The notes: generated by a model not told the origin, from the sequence alone. Numbered from the stretch's first letter, positions 17,322 through 27,324 are shown. The stretch: 32,023 nt of DNA from a virus (IMGVR_UViG_3300033489_000041:1-32023); one strand, 5' to 3'. Numbers and translations: made by a program.

Positions 17322-18960
17322 AAAGCTTGAGGTGATCATAACCGCTGACGATAGAGCCAGCGGGGTTGTCAAGGGCCTTACTGGTAGCCTGGGCGGCTTA
17401 GGCAAGATTGTCTCTGGCGGCCTTATGGCTGGCCTGGCTGTCGCTACTGCCGGAATAGTGGCATTGGGCGCCGGCACCTCATTTGCAGTCGGCGAGGCGA
17501 TGGAGGCTCAGGCCGTCCAGGCGCAGCTGGGCGCTGTGCTGCGCTCGACCGGTGGAATCGCCGGCGTCTCTACCGACATGGCTAACGAGCTGGCCGAATC
17601 ATATTCAAGGCTGACCGGCCAATCTGACGAGGCGATCCTGTCGTCAGAGAACCTGCTACTTACCTTCACCAACATCGGGAAGGACATCTTCCCAGAGGTC
17701 ACATCGCTAACCCTGGACCTCGCCCAGGCGCTGAAGATGGATCTGGGCAGCGCGTCAATCATGCTCGGCAAGGCCATGAACGAGCCCGTGATGGGCGTTA
17801 CCGCGCTGCGGAGGGCAGGCGTTCAGCTTAGTGAGCAGCAAGGAGAGCTGGTCGAGTCATTCATGGCGGTCGGCGACGTGGCCAGCGCTCAGACCATCAT
17901 CCTGGAGGAGCTGCGACGCGAGGTGGGCGGGTCTGCTGAGGCATTTGGTAAAACATTCCCCGGCATGCTGCAAATATTCAAGAACGAGATCGACAATACC
18001 GGCGAGGCGGTGGGGATGATGTTCCTGCCGGTGCTTACCGATTTATTCGAAATGCTTTCCGGACCGCTGCTGTCCGCCATGCAATGGGTTAGGGATGCAG
18101 CAGCTGAGCTTGGCGAGCGCTACGCATTGTTTACCATGAACCTGGAAGCGGGCGTCAACCCGATCTCAGCTTTCCGTAATGCCATCATCGACCTTATTCC
18201 ACCGTTCGCCCGTGAGGCGGTCAGTGGCCTATTTGATGCATTGCGCAACCTGGAGCTGAGCCTGGCGGCCACCGCTCCAGCTGCTGGCGGGTACGGCAAA
18301 ACGATAGCGGATATGTTTATCAACCTGATGGTCAAGGACATTCCAAAAGCCATCGACCTGTCTGGCAAGGCGATCAATTGGCTCGCCAACATGTGGCGCG
18401 AGCATGGCCCGATGATCGTTAAGGTACTGGGCGAAATCGCGAAGTTTACCGCCGACGCGCTGTTTGTGAAACTGCCTGCAGCAGCGGAGGGTTTGGGCAG
18501 CGCGATGGGTTCGGTTGCACGGATATTTAACCAATCCATGCGTGGTATCACGACCGACAGTGGTCAGCACCTTACCGGGATTGCCGCCATGATGTACTCG
18601 GCCGGCCAGGCTATACCCGAGGGATTAGCCAAGGGTATCCAGTCTAATCCGCGCGCGGTAGAGCAGGCGATATCAGCCGTCATCGATGCCGCGCTCAGGG
18701 TGGTCAAGAGCAAACTGGGCATTTCTTCGCCGTCGGCGGTATTCGCACAGATCGGGCAGCAGTCAATGGCCGGCTACGCGATAGGCATTCAGCAGAACGC
18801 AGGCCTGCCGGCTGGGGCGGCGGCAATGGCCGCCCAGGGTACAGTAATGAGTTCTGACAGTTCATTCCATAACTACGGGACACTCAACTTTGACGTAAGA
18901 GAGAAGACCACGTTCTTCGATATCTTGCGGCAAGCCAGAACGATGGGCGGGGCTATCTAA
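17314..18960 (+). CDS. tail tape measure protein
   Basis: LEVIITADDRAS start, Ala/Gly-rich helices, LGKAMNEP, C-terminal KLGISSPSAVF. Confidence 0.9.
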   Translation: MSEKLEVIITADDRASGVVKGLTGSLGGLGKIVSGGLMAGLAVATAGIVALGAGTSFAVGEAMEAQAVQAQLGAVLRSTGGIAGVSTDMANELAESYSRLTGQSDEAILSSENLLLTFTNIGKDIFPEVTSLTLDLAQALKMDLGSASIMLGKAMNEPVMGVTALRRAGVQLSEQQGELVESFMAVGDVASAQTIILEELRREVGGSAEAFGKTFPGMLQIFKNEIDNTGEAVGMMFLPVLTDLFEMLSGPLLSAMQWVRDAAAELGERYALFTMNLEAGVNPISAFRNAIIDLIPPFAREAVSGLFDALRNLELSLAATAPAAGGYGKTIADMFINLMVKDIPKAIDLSGKAINWLANMWREHGPMIVKVLGEIAKFTADALFVKLPAAAEGLGSAMGSVARIFNQSMRGITTDSGQHLTGIAAMMYSAGQAIPEGLAKGIQSNPRAVEQAISAVIDAALRVVKSKLGISSPSAVFAQIGQQSMAGYAIGIQQNAGLPAGAAAMAAQGTVMSSDSSFHNYGTLNFDVREKTTFFDILRQARTMGGAI

Positions 18961-20921
18961 TGCAGCTGCACATCATTTCCTACAACGGTCACCTGTTGAA
19001 TGATACCAGCTATGAGGCTTACTTCCCGCCCGGATCGGTGCTGTTGAGTGCGGAGGGGAAACCCCGTCTGGTAGAACGTGCTCATTTCGCTCCAAAATAC
19101 ACCTACAAGGGACGTTCTTCCAGGAATCTGCCGATACAGATTAAGTTGCTTGATACGGTTGGATCCCAGGTAGACACGATCAAGCATTGGTTTGATCCCT
19201 TCGACGATACCGGGCTGTACCAGCTGGTAGTGTGTGATGCCCTGAATTGGAATAGGCAGTGGTATCTGGAGGTTACTCCAATCTCCGTTCCCGCCTTGGA
19301 TGGCCAGGTCATCACGGTCAATCTACTAGTACCCGATCCTATTTGGCGTAGCGTTTTACCCACCAATGATGTCTGGTCTATCACGGCGACGGGTCAAACA
19401 CGGAATCTCGCTACCGGAGGGAACCAGGATGCCTACCCTACCTATTCATTGAAGCCCACCAGTACTAAATCTGCCGGCGGGACTGTTCGGTACCGCCGGT
19501 TTGCGGCTATTCGTAATCAGACGACCCGGCCATTTACCGATTGCCCGTACGATTTATTTAGCGCAGCCTGGGATACAGCAGCCCTCGTCGCAGCCGGCAA
19601 GATGCAGGCCGATGGCTCGGATGTCCATGTCTTGGTCGACGGCAAAGATGCCGACCATTGGTTTGTCGACTTGAACACTGACCACACTAAGCTGTGGTGC
19701 AATGTCAATCTCAAGGCCAAGATTGAGCTTACCGTCAGCGGTGGGTATGATGCGGACGATGAGATTATCACTCTCCAGAACACCACAGGCAACAAGGATG
19801 GTATATCCCGTTTGCCCGCGAGCGGCATTCTGTTATGGGGAACCGAGCGGGTGAGATTTACCAGTGTGGATGGCCTGTCCATCAGTGCCAAGAGGGGAAC
19901 CTACGATAGCACCGCTGCTACTCACCTCGATGGCTCTACGATGTACTGGCTTGAGCACGAGATATGGGTTGTCTATGGCGACACCAGCTTAACCGATTAC
20001 ACGGTGTCTGATGCCAAAAAGCCAATCATCAATTTATCTACCAGCTCAAACACAAGTCTAATTTACGAGAATTACACCATATACGACGCGAGTAGTTCCC
20101 CACTTCCCAGAAGTGGTAGATGGTCATTTAGCTTTCTTGCTCCGTCCGCCGATCCGGTTGCCGATGCACACTGGCCCTACTACGAGTCTATGACCGTAAC
20201 AAGCCCAAGTCTACAGTCGGACAGTTCTGGTAAAACATTCTCCGTGATGGGCTCTTACTTCTACGCCAATTCCGGCTCTTTCTATAAGACCGGTCTATAT
20301 CAGTGGGGATTATATGACCCTGCCGGTATCACGCACATTTCGGCAGACGGGTACAAGCGCGTTGATTTTGGTCTTGCGTACTGGTGGAACACTGTTCAGT
20401 TTCAAGAATCAATCGATGGTGTGTTATGGGCATCCATTTTCTCTATTGCTGCGCCAGGATCGTTTGGCGTTAATACCGCATGGTCTCAAGTCGCGATAGC
20501 TTTAGCGAATCCATCACCATACATTCGACTCTACCTGTACGAGAGCGGCGATTCGTGGAATATTACGTTTGTCGATGTTGACAACACAACTATCACTAGA
20601 GATTCCAATGGCATCCCCGTGATCAGCTTGTCTGCAGAAACTCAGCCCTACATGTTTGACGCAACTCTTACCAATCTCAATACTGGTCATAGCATTTCGA
20701 TAAGCGCGGCCATACCTATTAACGACACCCTGGAGATTGACACAGAGGAGCACACCATAACGCATGTTGAATGGGGCACAGCAGATGGCGCAACTGTACT
20801 GGAATCAACGATCAGGTGGGATGTTCTTAAACTCAGGAAAGGACCTAACACCTTACAGTACGACGAAGACAATGCTCAGGGAGTGACCCTTACGCTTAAC
20901 TGGCGAGACAGGAACAGCTGA
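18960..20921 (+). CDS. distal tail protein (Dit) with large insertions, including a DUF2341-like domain
   Basis: Follows the tape measure. Dit-like ends (VPDPIWRS...GGNQDAYP; DTLEIDTEEHTI...LRKGPNTL...WRDR) and internal TAALVAAGKMQADGSDV...TKLWCNV. Confidence 0.7.
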   Translation: MQLHIISYNGHLLNDTSYEAYFPPGSVLLSAEGKPRLVERAHFAPKYTYKGRSSRNLPIQIKLLDTVGSQVDTIKHWFDPFDDTGLYQLVVCDALNWNRQWYLEVTPISVPALDGQVITVNLLVPDPIWRSVLPTNDVWSITATGQTRNLATGGNQDAYPTYSLKPTSTKSAGGTVRYRRFAAIRNQTTRPFTDCPYDLFSAAWDTAALVAAGKMQADGSDVHVLVDGKDADHWFVDLNTDHTKLWCNVNLKAKIELTVSGGYDADDEIITLQNTTGNKDGISRLPASGILLWGTERVRFTSVDGLSISAKRGTYDSTAATHLDGSTMYWLEHEIWVVYGDTSLTDYTVSDAKKPIINLSTSSNTSLIYENYTIYDASSSPLPRSGRWSFSFLAPSADPVADAHWPYYESMTVTSPSLQSDSSGKTFSVMGSYFYANSGSFYKTGLYQWGLYDPAGITHISADGYKRVDFGLAYWWNTVQFQESIDGVLWASIFSIAAPGSFGVNTAWSQVAIALANPSPYIRLYLYESGDSWNITFVDVDNTTITRDSNGIPVISLSAETQPYMFDATLTNLNTGHSISISAAIPINDTLEIDTEEHTITHVEWGTADGATVLESTIRWDVLKLRKGPNTLQYDEDNAQGVTLTLNWRDRNS

Positions 20922-21943
20922 TGGCCACACGGGTTTTTGTCTACTCCCCCACCGGCGTATATCTGGCGGAGATACTTTGCCATGCGGTTGTTTCGTGGAA
21001 GCTCAACACTATCTCTACCACGAAGGTCACTGTGCCCAAATCGGAGGAGTTAAACGATGCGATAATCAGGTATGGCAATCTGGTGAGGATTGTATGTGAT
21101 CAAACTGGCGACTTTGGCGGGGTAATGATCACGCCAGTCGATTGGGACGTAGACAGCATCACCCTCACTGCCTACAGTGGTGACTGGCTATTGAGGAAGC
21201 GCAGGCCAAGCGGAGCCTCGATCGAGAGCGGCTACTATGGCACAGCCGGATCTATCTTCAGTCAGATGATTGCCGACGCGAATCTACTGACGCATACAGG
21301 TATCACCTTATACGAGTACGAAAGCGCCGGCGGATCATGGGCCGAGCCGGCCGATGCCGTACTTTACGACATCCTGCTGAGGATCTGCAAGCAGAGCGGT
21401 CAGGACTATGCCGTAGACCCATATCTTGACCCTGAGACCGGGCTATTCGGGTTCAGAGCATCGTGGTATCAGGCTAGGGGGACTACGCATAACTTCACCC
21501 TGAGAGAAGGTCGTCACCTGGCGGAACAGGGGGGCGTTGTCATGAGCGAGCAAGGAGAGGTTGTTAACGACTTACTTCTTCGCGGCTTCGATGGCAGAGC
21601 CGCTCCACTTACCCCAGCGTTCGACGCCAGCTCTCAATTCGAGTACACGTTACAGCAGGACTTCGTGACACAAAACACCCCGGTAGGTCTCGCGCCGGCA
21701 GAATTCGCGAAGGTGCTGATGTCGCCGCAGCTCTCGCCCCGGCGAACGTTTAACCTGGTCGTCGTCAATGAAGATAGCTGTTTCGATTATCTTGGCATTG
21801 GTGATGAGGTCGGCCTCAAAATGCTCAGGTATGGCTTTTCCGGCAGTGGACTTGGTCTTGAGACCAACGTCAGAGTGCTCGCCAGAGAGTTCGACGAAAC
21901 GACAGGGAAGATGAGCCTGGTTGTAGATGAGGTATCGACATGA
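20921..21943 (+). CDS. baseplate hub / minor tail protein (Tal-like)
   Basis: Synteny after Dit; IRYGNLVRI and LGIGDEV motifs typical of siphophage hubs. Confidence 0.65.
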   Translation: MATRVFVYSPTGVYLAEILCHAVVSWKLNTISTTKVTVPKSEELNDAIIRYGNLVRIVCDQTGDFGGVMITPVDWDVDSITLTAYSGDWLLRKRRPSGASIESGYYGTAGSIFSQMIADANLLTHTGITLYEYESAGGSWAEPADAVLYDILLRICKQSGQDYAVDPYLDPETGLFGFRASWYQARGTTHNFTLREGRHLAEQGGVVMSEQGEVVNDLLLRGFDGRAAPLTPAFDASSQFEYTLQQDFVTQNTPVGLAPAEFAKVLMSPQLSPRRTFNLVVVNEDSCFDYLGIGDEVGLKMLRYGFSGSGLGLETNVRVLAREFDETTGKMSLVVDEVST

Positions 21944-22092
21944 CGCAAAACCAGCCGGCTGGGCTTTCTATCCAGGACAAGGCCATCCAGGACAACTACC
22001 TGGATCGGATTAAGACACTAGAGCAGGAAGTAGAAAAGCTGAAGTCTATGCTCATCGTGCTCTCGGATCGCATTACTGCGCTTGGTGGATGA
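21940..22092 (+). CDS. 50-aa coiled-coil tail protein (absent from the ORF track)
   Basis: ATGA overlap and GAGG RBS; MTQNQPAG...NYLDRIKTLEQEVEKLKSML...LGG. Confidence 0.7.
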   Translation: MTQNQPAGLSIQDKAIQDNYLDRIKTLEQEVEKLKSMLIVLSDRITALGG

Positions 22093-22093
22093 G

Positions 22094-22552
22094 ATGAAAA
22101 ACATTACTGGCTGGCTCGTTCTTGTCGTTTTGTTCTCTACTGCGTGCCTGGTTGGCCTGGCGGATCGCGATCTGGAGACCCCGGCAGCTCCTGCGGGTGC
22201 GTCCCCTACTGCGCCTGCGACTGCCGAGTACCGCTGGAAAGAGGGCAGCAACGAGCCGTATTTGTATGCTGTTCCACTTGGCTACTTCACACCATACAAC
22301 GAAGTGAGCATCTTTGAGTGGCCAGGGGCATCGGCGCCAGTGGTTGGTTTCCTTGGTATAGGCGAGCGCACGGGCTACACCTCGGAGTACCGCACGGCGG
22401 AAGGCGAAATCTGGTTATGCGTGAAGTGGACCGTAGACGATGAGATCGTGAGCTGGGAGTGCACTGGGTGGGTTCCCGCCAGCATGGGAGAAGTTGATCG
22501 CGATCGCGAGTATTCTCCCGAGCAAGATGATGCAAAGGAGCAGGAAGCATGA
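22094..22552 (+). CDS. exported protein, possible lipoprotein with SH3b-like domain
   Basis: MKNITGWLVLVVLFSTAC signal with a lipobox-like end, a P/A/T linker, and IFEWPG-x4-VVGFL...WLCV...GWVPA. Confidence 0.6.
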   Translation: MKNITGWLVLVVLFSTACLVGLADRDLETPAAPAGASPTAPATAEYRWKEGSNEPYLYAVPLGYFTPYNEVSIFEWPGASAPVVGFLGIGERTGYTSEYRTAEGEIWLCVKWTVDDEIVSWECTGWVPASMGEVDRDREYSPEQDDAKEQEA

Positions 22553-22812
22553 CCCAGGAAAATCAAAATCTCACGATGTGGCAGGGCGAAGACAAGACGA
22601 TTACGGTCAGCCTGGTCGATGGAGCTGGGGCGCCATATGGTTCTACGGCTGGTCTTACGTTCACGTGGAAGGTTGCGACCAGCGAGAATGCAGATGCCGC
22701 ACTCCTTACAAAGAGCACGGGAAGTGGCATAACAAATGGTACCAGCCAGATCACCATTGCCATAGACGAAGCCGATACCGACGACATGACTGCCTATCTC
22801 AGATTACCGTAG
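22549..22812 (+). CDS. small Ig-like/BppU-like virion protein, possibly C-terminally truncated
   Basis: QGEDKTITVSLVD...TWKV...LLTKSTGSGIT...ITIAIDEADT, then an abrupt end. Confidence 0.6.
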   Translation: MTQENQNLTMWQGEDKTITVSLVDGAGAPYGSTAGLTFTWKVATSENADAALLTKSTGSGITNGTSQITIAIDEADTDDMTAYLRLP

Positions 22813-22842
22813 GCGCTACCACGCTAAAAAGAGAGGAAACCA

Positions 22843-23181
22843 ATGAGAACAATGCCACCGGCCTTAACGCCAAACGCAGTACCAACCGCGACGGTTATCG
22901 CCGCGGTTACAACCATCGGAGTCGGGCAGACTATTGATGTCGCAAGCGACACAGACGTGATCGTCCTGCAAGCGACGGCAGGAAACATCATCTATACGAT
23001 CTGCAATGCTACCATCACCACTGTGCCGACGGCAACGCTCGGGCTGGTGCTGTACAGCGGCAGCCAGGAGGTGCTGCTCGAGATGGTTCCAGGCCTGGTT
23101 GTCAAGGTGCTGAATGCCTCCGCCGGAGCGACGGTGCAGCTCCAGCAGTTCAGGTACTTTGGTAAGAATACGTCTGTTTGA
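22843..23181 (+). CDS. small beta-rich putative virion protein
   Basis: GAGG RBS; T/V/A-rich; located in the tail module. Confidence 0.65.
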   Translation: MRTMPPALTPNAVPTATVIAAVTTIGVGQTIDVASDTDVIVLQATAGNIIYTICNATITTVPTATLGLVLYSGSQEVLLEMVPGLVVKVLNASAGATVQLQQFRYFGKNTSV

Positions 23182-23194
23182 CGCGAGGGGCACT

Positions 23195-25084
23195 ATGAGG
23201 CCGTTTAGGACGTTTGGAAACTCAATAGCGAACAGGCTGCTCGGGCTGGCGGGGGGCGGGGTGGGCAACCCCGATCCTCTCTACACGTTCCAGCTTTTCG
23301 GAGATTCGCACATCGGTTCAATATCTCAAGCACGCCTGGATGCCGTAACGAATGACAAGCCAATCGCTCCGCTGTGTCTCGTTAGCGCGGGAGATATTAC
23401 GGAAGACGGCACGGACTTGCAAGATGCCGCCGCGATTGCATGGCTGGCGAGCGTCAACGCTACATCATACGTCGTAAATGGCGGCCATGATGTGCAAATC
23501 CACACCCCAGCGCAATTCGCCACTGCGTATGGTATGTCAGGCCAAAACTGGACAATCGAGCTATCCAACTGTTTTGTTATTGGCGTTGGTATGGATTCCG
23601 CTGGCTCATCAACACTGTCTCAAACACAACTAGATTATCTAGACACTCAGTTGTCTGCTGCTGGCACGAAGCCATGTGTGATCGTTTGCCATGTTCCACT
23701 ATTTTATAGTCATCGCAACACAGACCTGACACACTATCTCAGTTCTGATCAAACCAATTGGTACATTTTGCCAGACACCAACATACGCACCGTTCTGGCA
23801 AATTACGCCTGCGCTAAGGCATGGTTAAGTGGACACATCCACGCACCGTACACGAGTATAGATTTTGTTAAAAACGAGATGGTTGGCGATCACAACATTG
23901 CCATTATAGCGGGGTCGTCTCCGTTTTATACGGATATAGTAACAGGTGAGGCTGGTAGTCTGATCGTAACACAGTATGTAACCGTCACAAACAGTGGCAT
24001 CGAAGTTCGCACACGCGATCACGGCAACAGGCGATGGTTAGCCTACTATAACATCCCATATGTTGTTGATACGCCGGTTTCACCATCGTTTAACATGCAG
24101 TTTAGCACAGAGGATGCAGCGCCAATATCTGTGTACACTCCTGCCGATGTCGGCGTGCTACAGTCCTATGTACCAAACGATCTGATTGAGATCGGCGGCG
24201 GACGCCTCGTAGCTAATGGTGCCAACGCCTCGCATCAATACTTTTTCTCGATACCGGTGATGTACCGTAAGTGTGGGCGTGCCTTACGTCTTGACTATCC
24301 GGTGCGGACAACCCCGGCCGATTGTACCATTCGATTACTGTACGGTAATAATACCTATCTTGGTTTGCAAACACAGGGAACCACGCAGGTACGTACTCAC
24401 AACTTTTCTGGTAGTGTGGTGACTACTGACACCATAGGAGTAAGCGCGTTATGGTCGTTTTTACTAATCATGCAAACGACTGGCGGATTCATTTGTGCTA
24501 GAGATGAAGGGGATACAGCGAATGTTTGGAAACTGTTGTATGTGCGCAATGACGGTCAGGTGGCATTGCAACCCCGCCTACACCTACCGCTTGCATCAAT
24601 GAATGTTGCTTTTGACAACTACAAGATAGAAGACCTGTCTGGCGCACTCACTACACAGTTTGGCATCGCCACGGGTAGAGTGGCGATCTCGTCCAACGGA
24701 GAGACACTTGCGGCAACAGCAGACGGCATCTTTGAGCATACCATCGTCGCCGCGACTGGCGTTACTCAGGAGTTTATGTTTAGGCGTGCAGATGATGATA
24801 ATACGTGGATTATCAGAATGGATCAAGGTGCGTCTACTATCAAGGCATTTAGCAAGGTAGCTGGCTCCGAGACATCGCGCGGTAGCGCTGTGCAGGCATG
24901 GACAAACGGCACGCCGTACAGGATTGTTATTAGCGCACGCGGTAGCTTAATCCAGGTATGCGTTGCAGAGCAATATCGGTCGCTGTCAATCACAAGTACG
25001 ATTATGGCAACCAATACAGGGTTAAAGGTCAGCCACGCTGGAACAGAGTTAGTAGCGTGGCCGGCGACGCTTACGATTGAGTAA
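23195..25084 (+). CDS. calcineurin-like metallophosphoesterase fused to beta-rich (lectin/fibre-like) domains
   Basis: GAGGGG RBS before ATG 23195. Motifs GDSHIG, AGDITEDG, NGGHD, CHVP and SGHIH appear in the expected order; about 330 aa of beta-rich C-terminus follow. Confidence 0.8.
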   Translation: MRPFRTFGNSIANRLLGLAGGGVGNPDPLYTFQLFGDSHIGSISQARLDAVTNDKPIAPLCLVSAGDITEDGTDLQDAAAIAWLASVNATSYVVNGGHDVQIHTPAQFATAYGMSGQNWTIELSNCFVIGVGMDSAGSSTLSQTQLDYLDTQLSAAGTKPCVIVCHVPLFYSHRNTDLTHYLSSDQTNWYILPDTNIRTVLANYACAKAWLSGHIHAPYTSIDFVKNEMVGDHNIAIIAGSSPFYTDIVTGEAGSLIVTQYVTVTNSGIEVRTRDHGNRRWLAYYNIPYVVDTPVSPSFNMQFSTEDAAPISVYTPADVGVLQSYVPNDLIEIGGGRLVANGANASHQYFFSIPVMYRKCGRALRLDYPVRTTPADCTIRLLYGNNTYLGLQTQGTTQVRTHNFSGSVVTTDTIGVSALWSFLLIMQTTGGFICARDEGDTANVWKLLYVRNDGQVALQPRLHLPLASMNVAFDNYKIEDLSGALTTQFGIATGRVAISSNGETLAATADGIFEHTIVAATGVTQEFMFRRADDDNTWIIRMDQGASTIKAFSKVAGSETSRGSAVQAWTNGTPYRIVISARGSLIQVCVAEQYRSLSITSTIMATNTGLKVSHAGTELVAWPATLTIE

Positions 25085-25165
25085 GTTGTACCCGATAACT
25101 TGAATTATCACTGACTTTTTAGCGGGACTTGGGGAGGCGCAGACGGAAACATAGAGGCAATCATT

Positions 25166-25630
25166 ATGGAAATAAATTTCACGGAATTGATGCAGTTAGG
25201 GGCAGGTGCTCTTGTGGTTGCAGCTCTCTTGGTCCTGGCCGCTATTCTGAGGGGCAAGGACGCCGCTTCTGCTGGCGTTATGCGTCTCAGTATGGAGGTC
25301 GTCACGGCGACGTTCAACACTGGCATAGCCACGCTCAAGGACGCGCAAGAGGGGCAGAGGCTGTTTTACCAAGCCAAAGTGGACGATCTATTCAAAGAGT
25401 TAGTAGCTGAGCGGCAGGAGCGCAAGGAAGAGGTGGTCAAGCTACAAAAGAGGATATCCGATCTGGAGTGCGAGGTCCAGGAGAAAGATAAGCGGATCGA
25501 AACGCTGGAGGAAGAGGTCGAAAACAAAGATAAGCGAGTGAAGGCGCTGGAGGCAGAGGTGGCGCGCTTGAATGGTCGCATGAACGGCAAACAGGACAAG
25601 AAGGCGATCAAAAGTGCTGCGAAGAAGTAG
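25166..25630 (+). CDS. membrane-anchored coiled-coil protein of the lysis module
   Basis: One N-terminal TM and a long heptad repeat; precedes the hydrolases. Confidence 0.7.
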   Translation: MEINFTELMQLGAGALVVAALLVLAAILRGKDAASAGVMRLSMEVVTATFNTGIATLKDAQEGQRLFYQAKVDDLFKELVAERQERKEEVVKLQKRISDLECEVQEKDKRIETLEEEVENKDKRVKALEAEVARLNGRMNGKQDKKAIKSAAKK

Positions 25631-26177
25631 AATTCTCTTCGCCGTCTGGCTGGCGCTGTCTATCTCTATCCCCGCGCCCGAAGTGGCGAAGGGTGGGGTG
25701 ATCGAGCCCGACCATGAACCGCTGGCGACGGTGGCATTCACGCCTGCCGAGGAGCGCTCCCTGGCTGCCCTCTGTTGGGTCGAGTGTCGTGGTACGCTCG
25801 ACCAGCGCGCTGCATGCTGCACATCGGTGATTGATACCGTGATGACTCGCATTGAGCTGGGCATGATTACCGACTATACGGTGATCGGGACCATCAGGTA
25901 TGGTTGCGGACCAGATACGCTGGCTTGTCAATTTCCAGCCTACACGACCCGCGGTTGCCTGGGTATCAAATCATCCTGCCCGTTTTATGATGAGCAAGGC
26001 ATGGAATTATTCGGGATGATCGTTAAGTTATACGAAGAGCAGGCCATCAGGCCGACATGCGACGGCTATCTCTACTACGGGCTCAAATCGTTTGATCGTC
26101 CCGACTGCCGAATCGAGGCCAGTAATGGTTCTTGGAGCAACTTTCATGATGGATCGAGTACAAAGTATGACAATTAG
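25614..26177 (+). CDS. SleB-like (Hydrolase_2) cell wall hydrolase with signal sequence
   Basis: LAALCWVECRG...VIDTVMTRI...TVIGTI...CQF parallels SleB LAxxIxxEARGE...VxxVVxNRV...TIxxVI...QFS. Confidence 0.6.
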   Translation: MLRRSRILFAVWLALSISIPAPEVAKGGVIEPDHEPLATVAFTPAEERSLAALCWVECRGTLDQRAACCTSVIDTVMTRIELGMITDYTVIGTIRYGCGPDTLACQFPAYTTRGCLGIKSSCPFYDEQGMELFGMIVKLYEEQAIRPTCDGYLYYGLKSFDRPDCRIEASNGSWSNFHDGSSTKYDN

Positions 26178-27324
26178 CAAAAGCAGGCTAGGTTTCGTGC
26201 TGGGAGATAGCCAGCAGGCCGTCGACATGATCATTGCCTCCGGCGCTTACCCGGCGCTCACGGTCATCCACAACAGCGTTAAGCACACCATCCAGTTGCA
26301 CGAGCATCTTGGTGATGACTGCATCATTGTGCTGCGCATGATCGGTTCAGAACCCATCATCGATGGAGGTATAGCGGCGGGCAGGAGGCCGGAGGAGATC
26401 GGCTTCGATTGGTTCGAGGCCACCCGGTCAGCTATGGCAGCGGCCCCATTCGCCTACTTCCAGGTCGGAGGGCCTGGATTCAAGAGCGATGACTGGGTCT
26501 ATTCGGACTACTACGCTGACATCATCGAGTTTGCCATGCTTTTAATGCACCAGGCTGGATATAAGGGCGCTGTGCTTTGCTTCTACGAGGGCAACCCGCA
26601 CACCTTGTCGGACGGCAGCGGCGTTGACGGATGGGCTCCATACCGGGGCGTAATCAATCGCGCCGCTCAGTATGGCTTCATCCTCGGCGCGCAGGGCTAC
26701 TTTGTTGATGGCAATATGGATATGACCGACGACTGGCACAACTTCCGGTGGCTGCGAGTGTTACGCGACTATCCCGGCATGTTCCCGCCAGGCACCAAGA
26801 TCGGGAAGATGGAGGCCGGCATCGATCTACGCAACGGTCTGGGCTGGAGGTCGTCAGGGTGTGGCGCGGATGGCTATGCCGCTGGTATGGAAAAGGAAGA
26901 CGACGTATGGATAAAAACGCCATTGCCACGCGGCGTGGAGTTTGTTGGGTTTGCCATATTTGCGCTCCATGATTACAAGGGGAAAGATACATGCTGGCCA
27001 GACTTCAACTACTGGGAAATCTTTCCGCGCCTACTCGCACATATCAAGTCGCTACAAGCTTATGAAACACCGCCAGATGAGGAAACAATGCCCACAATAC
27101 CACCCTACACTATCGCGATCAAGACTCGTAGCACAACGGGCCAGAATATCCGCGCCCATCACAGCCTAAACGCGCCTATCGTCGGCGATCTAGACTTTGG
27201 CGAAGTGGCCTACATCCACACTGATGAGGCAGATTGCCTCGGCCAGGTTAAGACCTGGTGCTATATCAGAACGCTCGATGGCCAAGAGGGCTGGGCTGGC
27301 GCCTGGCTGCTGATGGCCGCGTAA
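26146..27324 (+). CDS. putative endolysin: glycoside-hydrolase-like TIM barrel plus C-terminal SH3b
   Basis: Alternating beta/alpha pattern with KMEAGID and GFAIF; SH3b NIRAHHSLNAPIVG...WCYIRTLDGQEGW. GGAG RBS at 26134; alternative start at 26167. Confidence 0.6.
   Translation: MMDRVQSMTISKSRLGFVLGDSQQAVDMIIASGAYPALTVIHNSVKHTIQLHEHLGDDCIIVLRMIGSEPIIDGGIAAGRRPEEIGFDWFEATRSAMAAAPFAYFQVGGPGFKSDDWVYSDYYADIIEFAMLLMHQAGYKGAVLCFYEGNPHTLSDGSGVDGWAPYRGVINRAAQYGFILGAQGYFVDGNMDMTDDWHNFRWLRVLRDYPGMFPPGTKIGKMEAGIDLRNGLGWRSSGCGADGYAAGMEKEDDVWIKTPLPRGVEFVGFAIFALHDYKGKDTCWPDFNYWEIFPRLLAHIKSLQAYETPPDEETMPTIPPYTIAIKTRSTTGQNIRAHHSLNAPIVGDLDFGEVAYIHTDEADCLGQVKTWCYIRTLDGQEGWAGAWLLMAA

Noticed and set aside
18960-25084. 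Diversity-generating retroelement or invertible tail cassette
   Set aside because: No reverse transcriptase or invertase, and no TR/VR repeat pair was noticed by eye.
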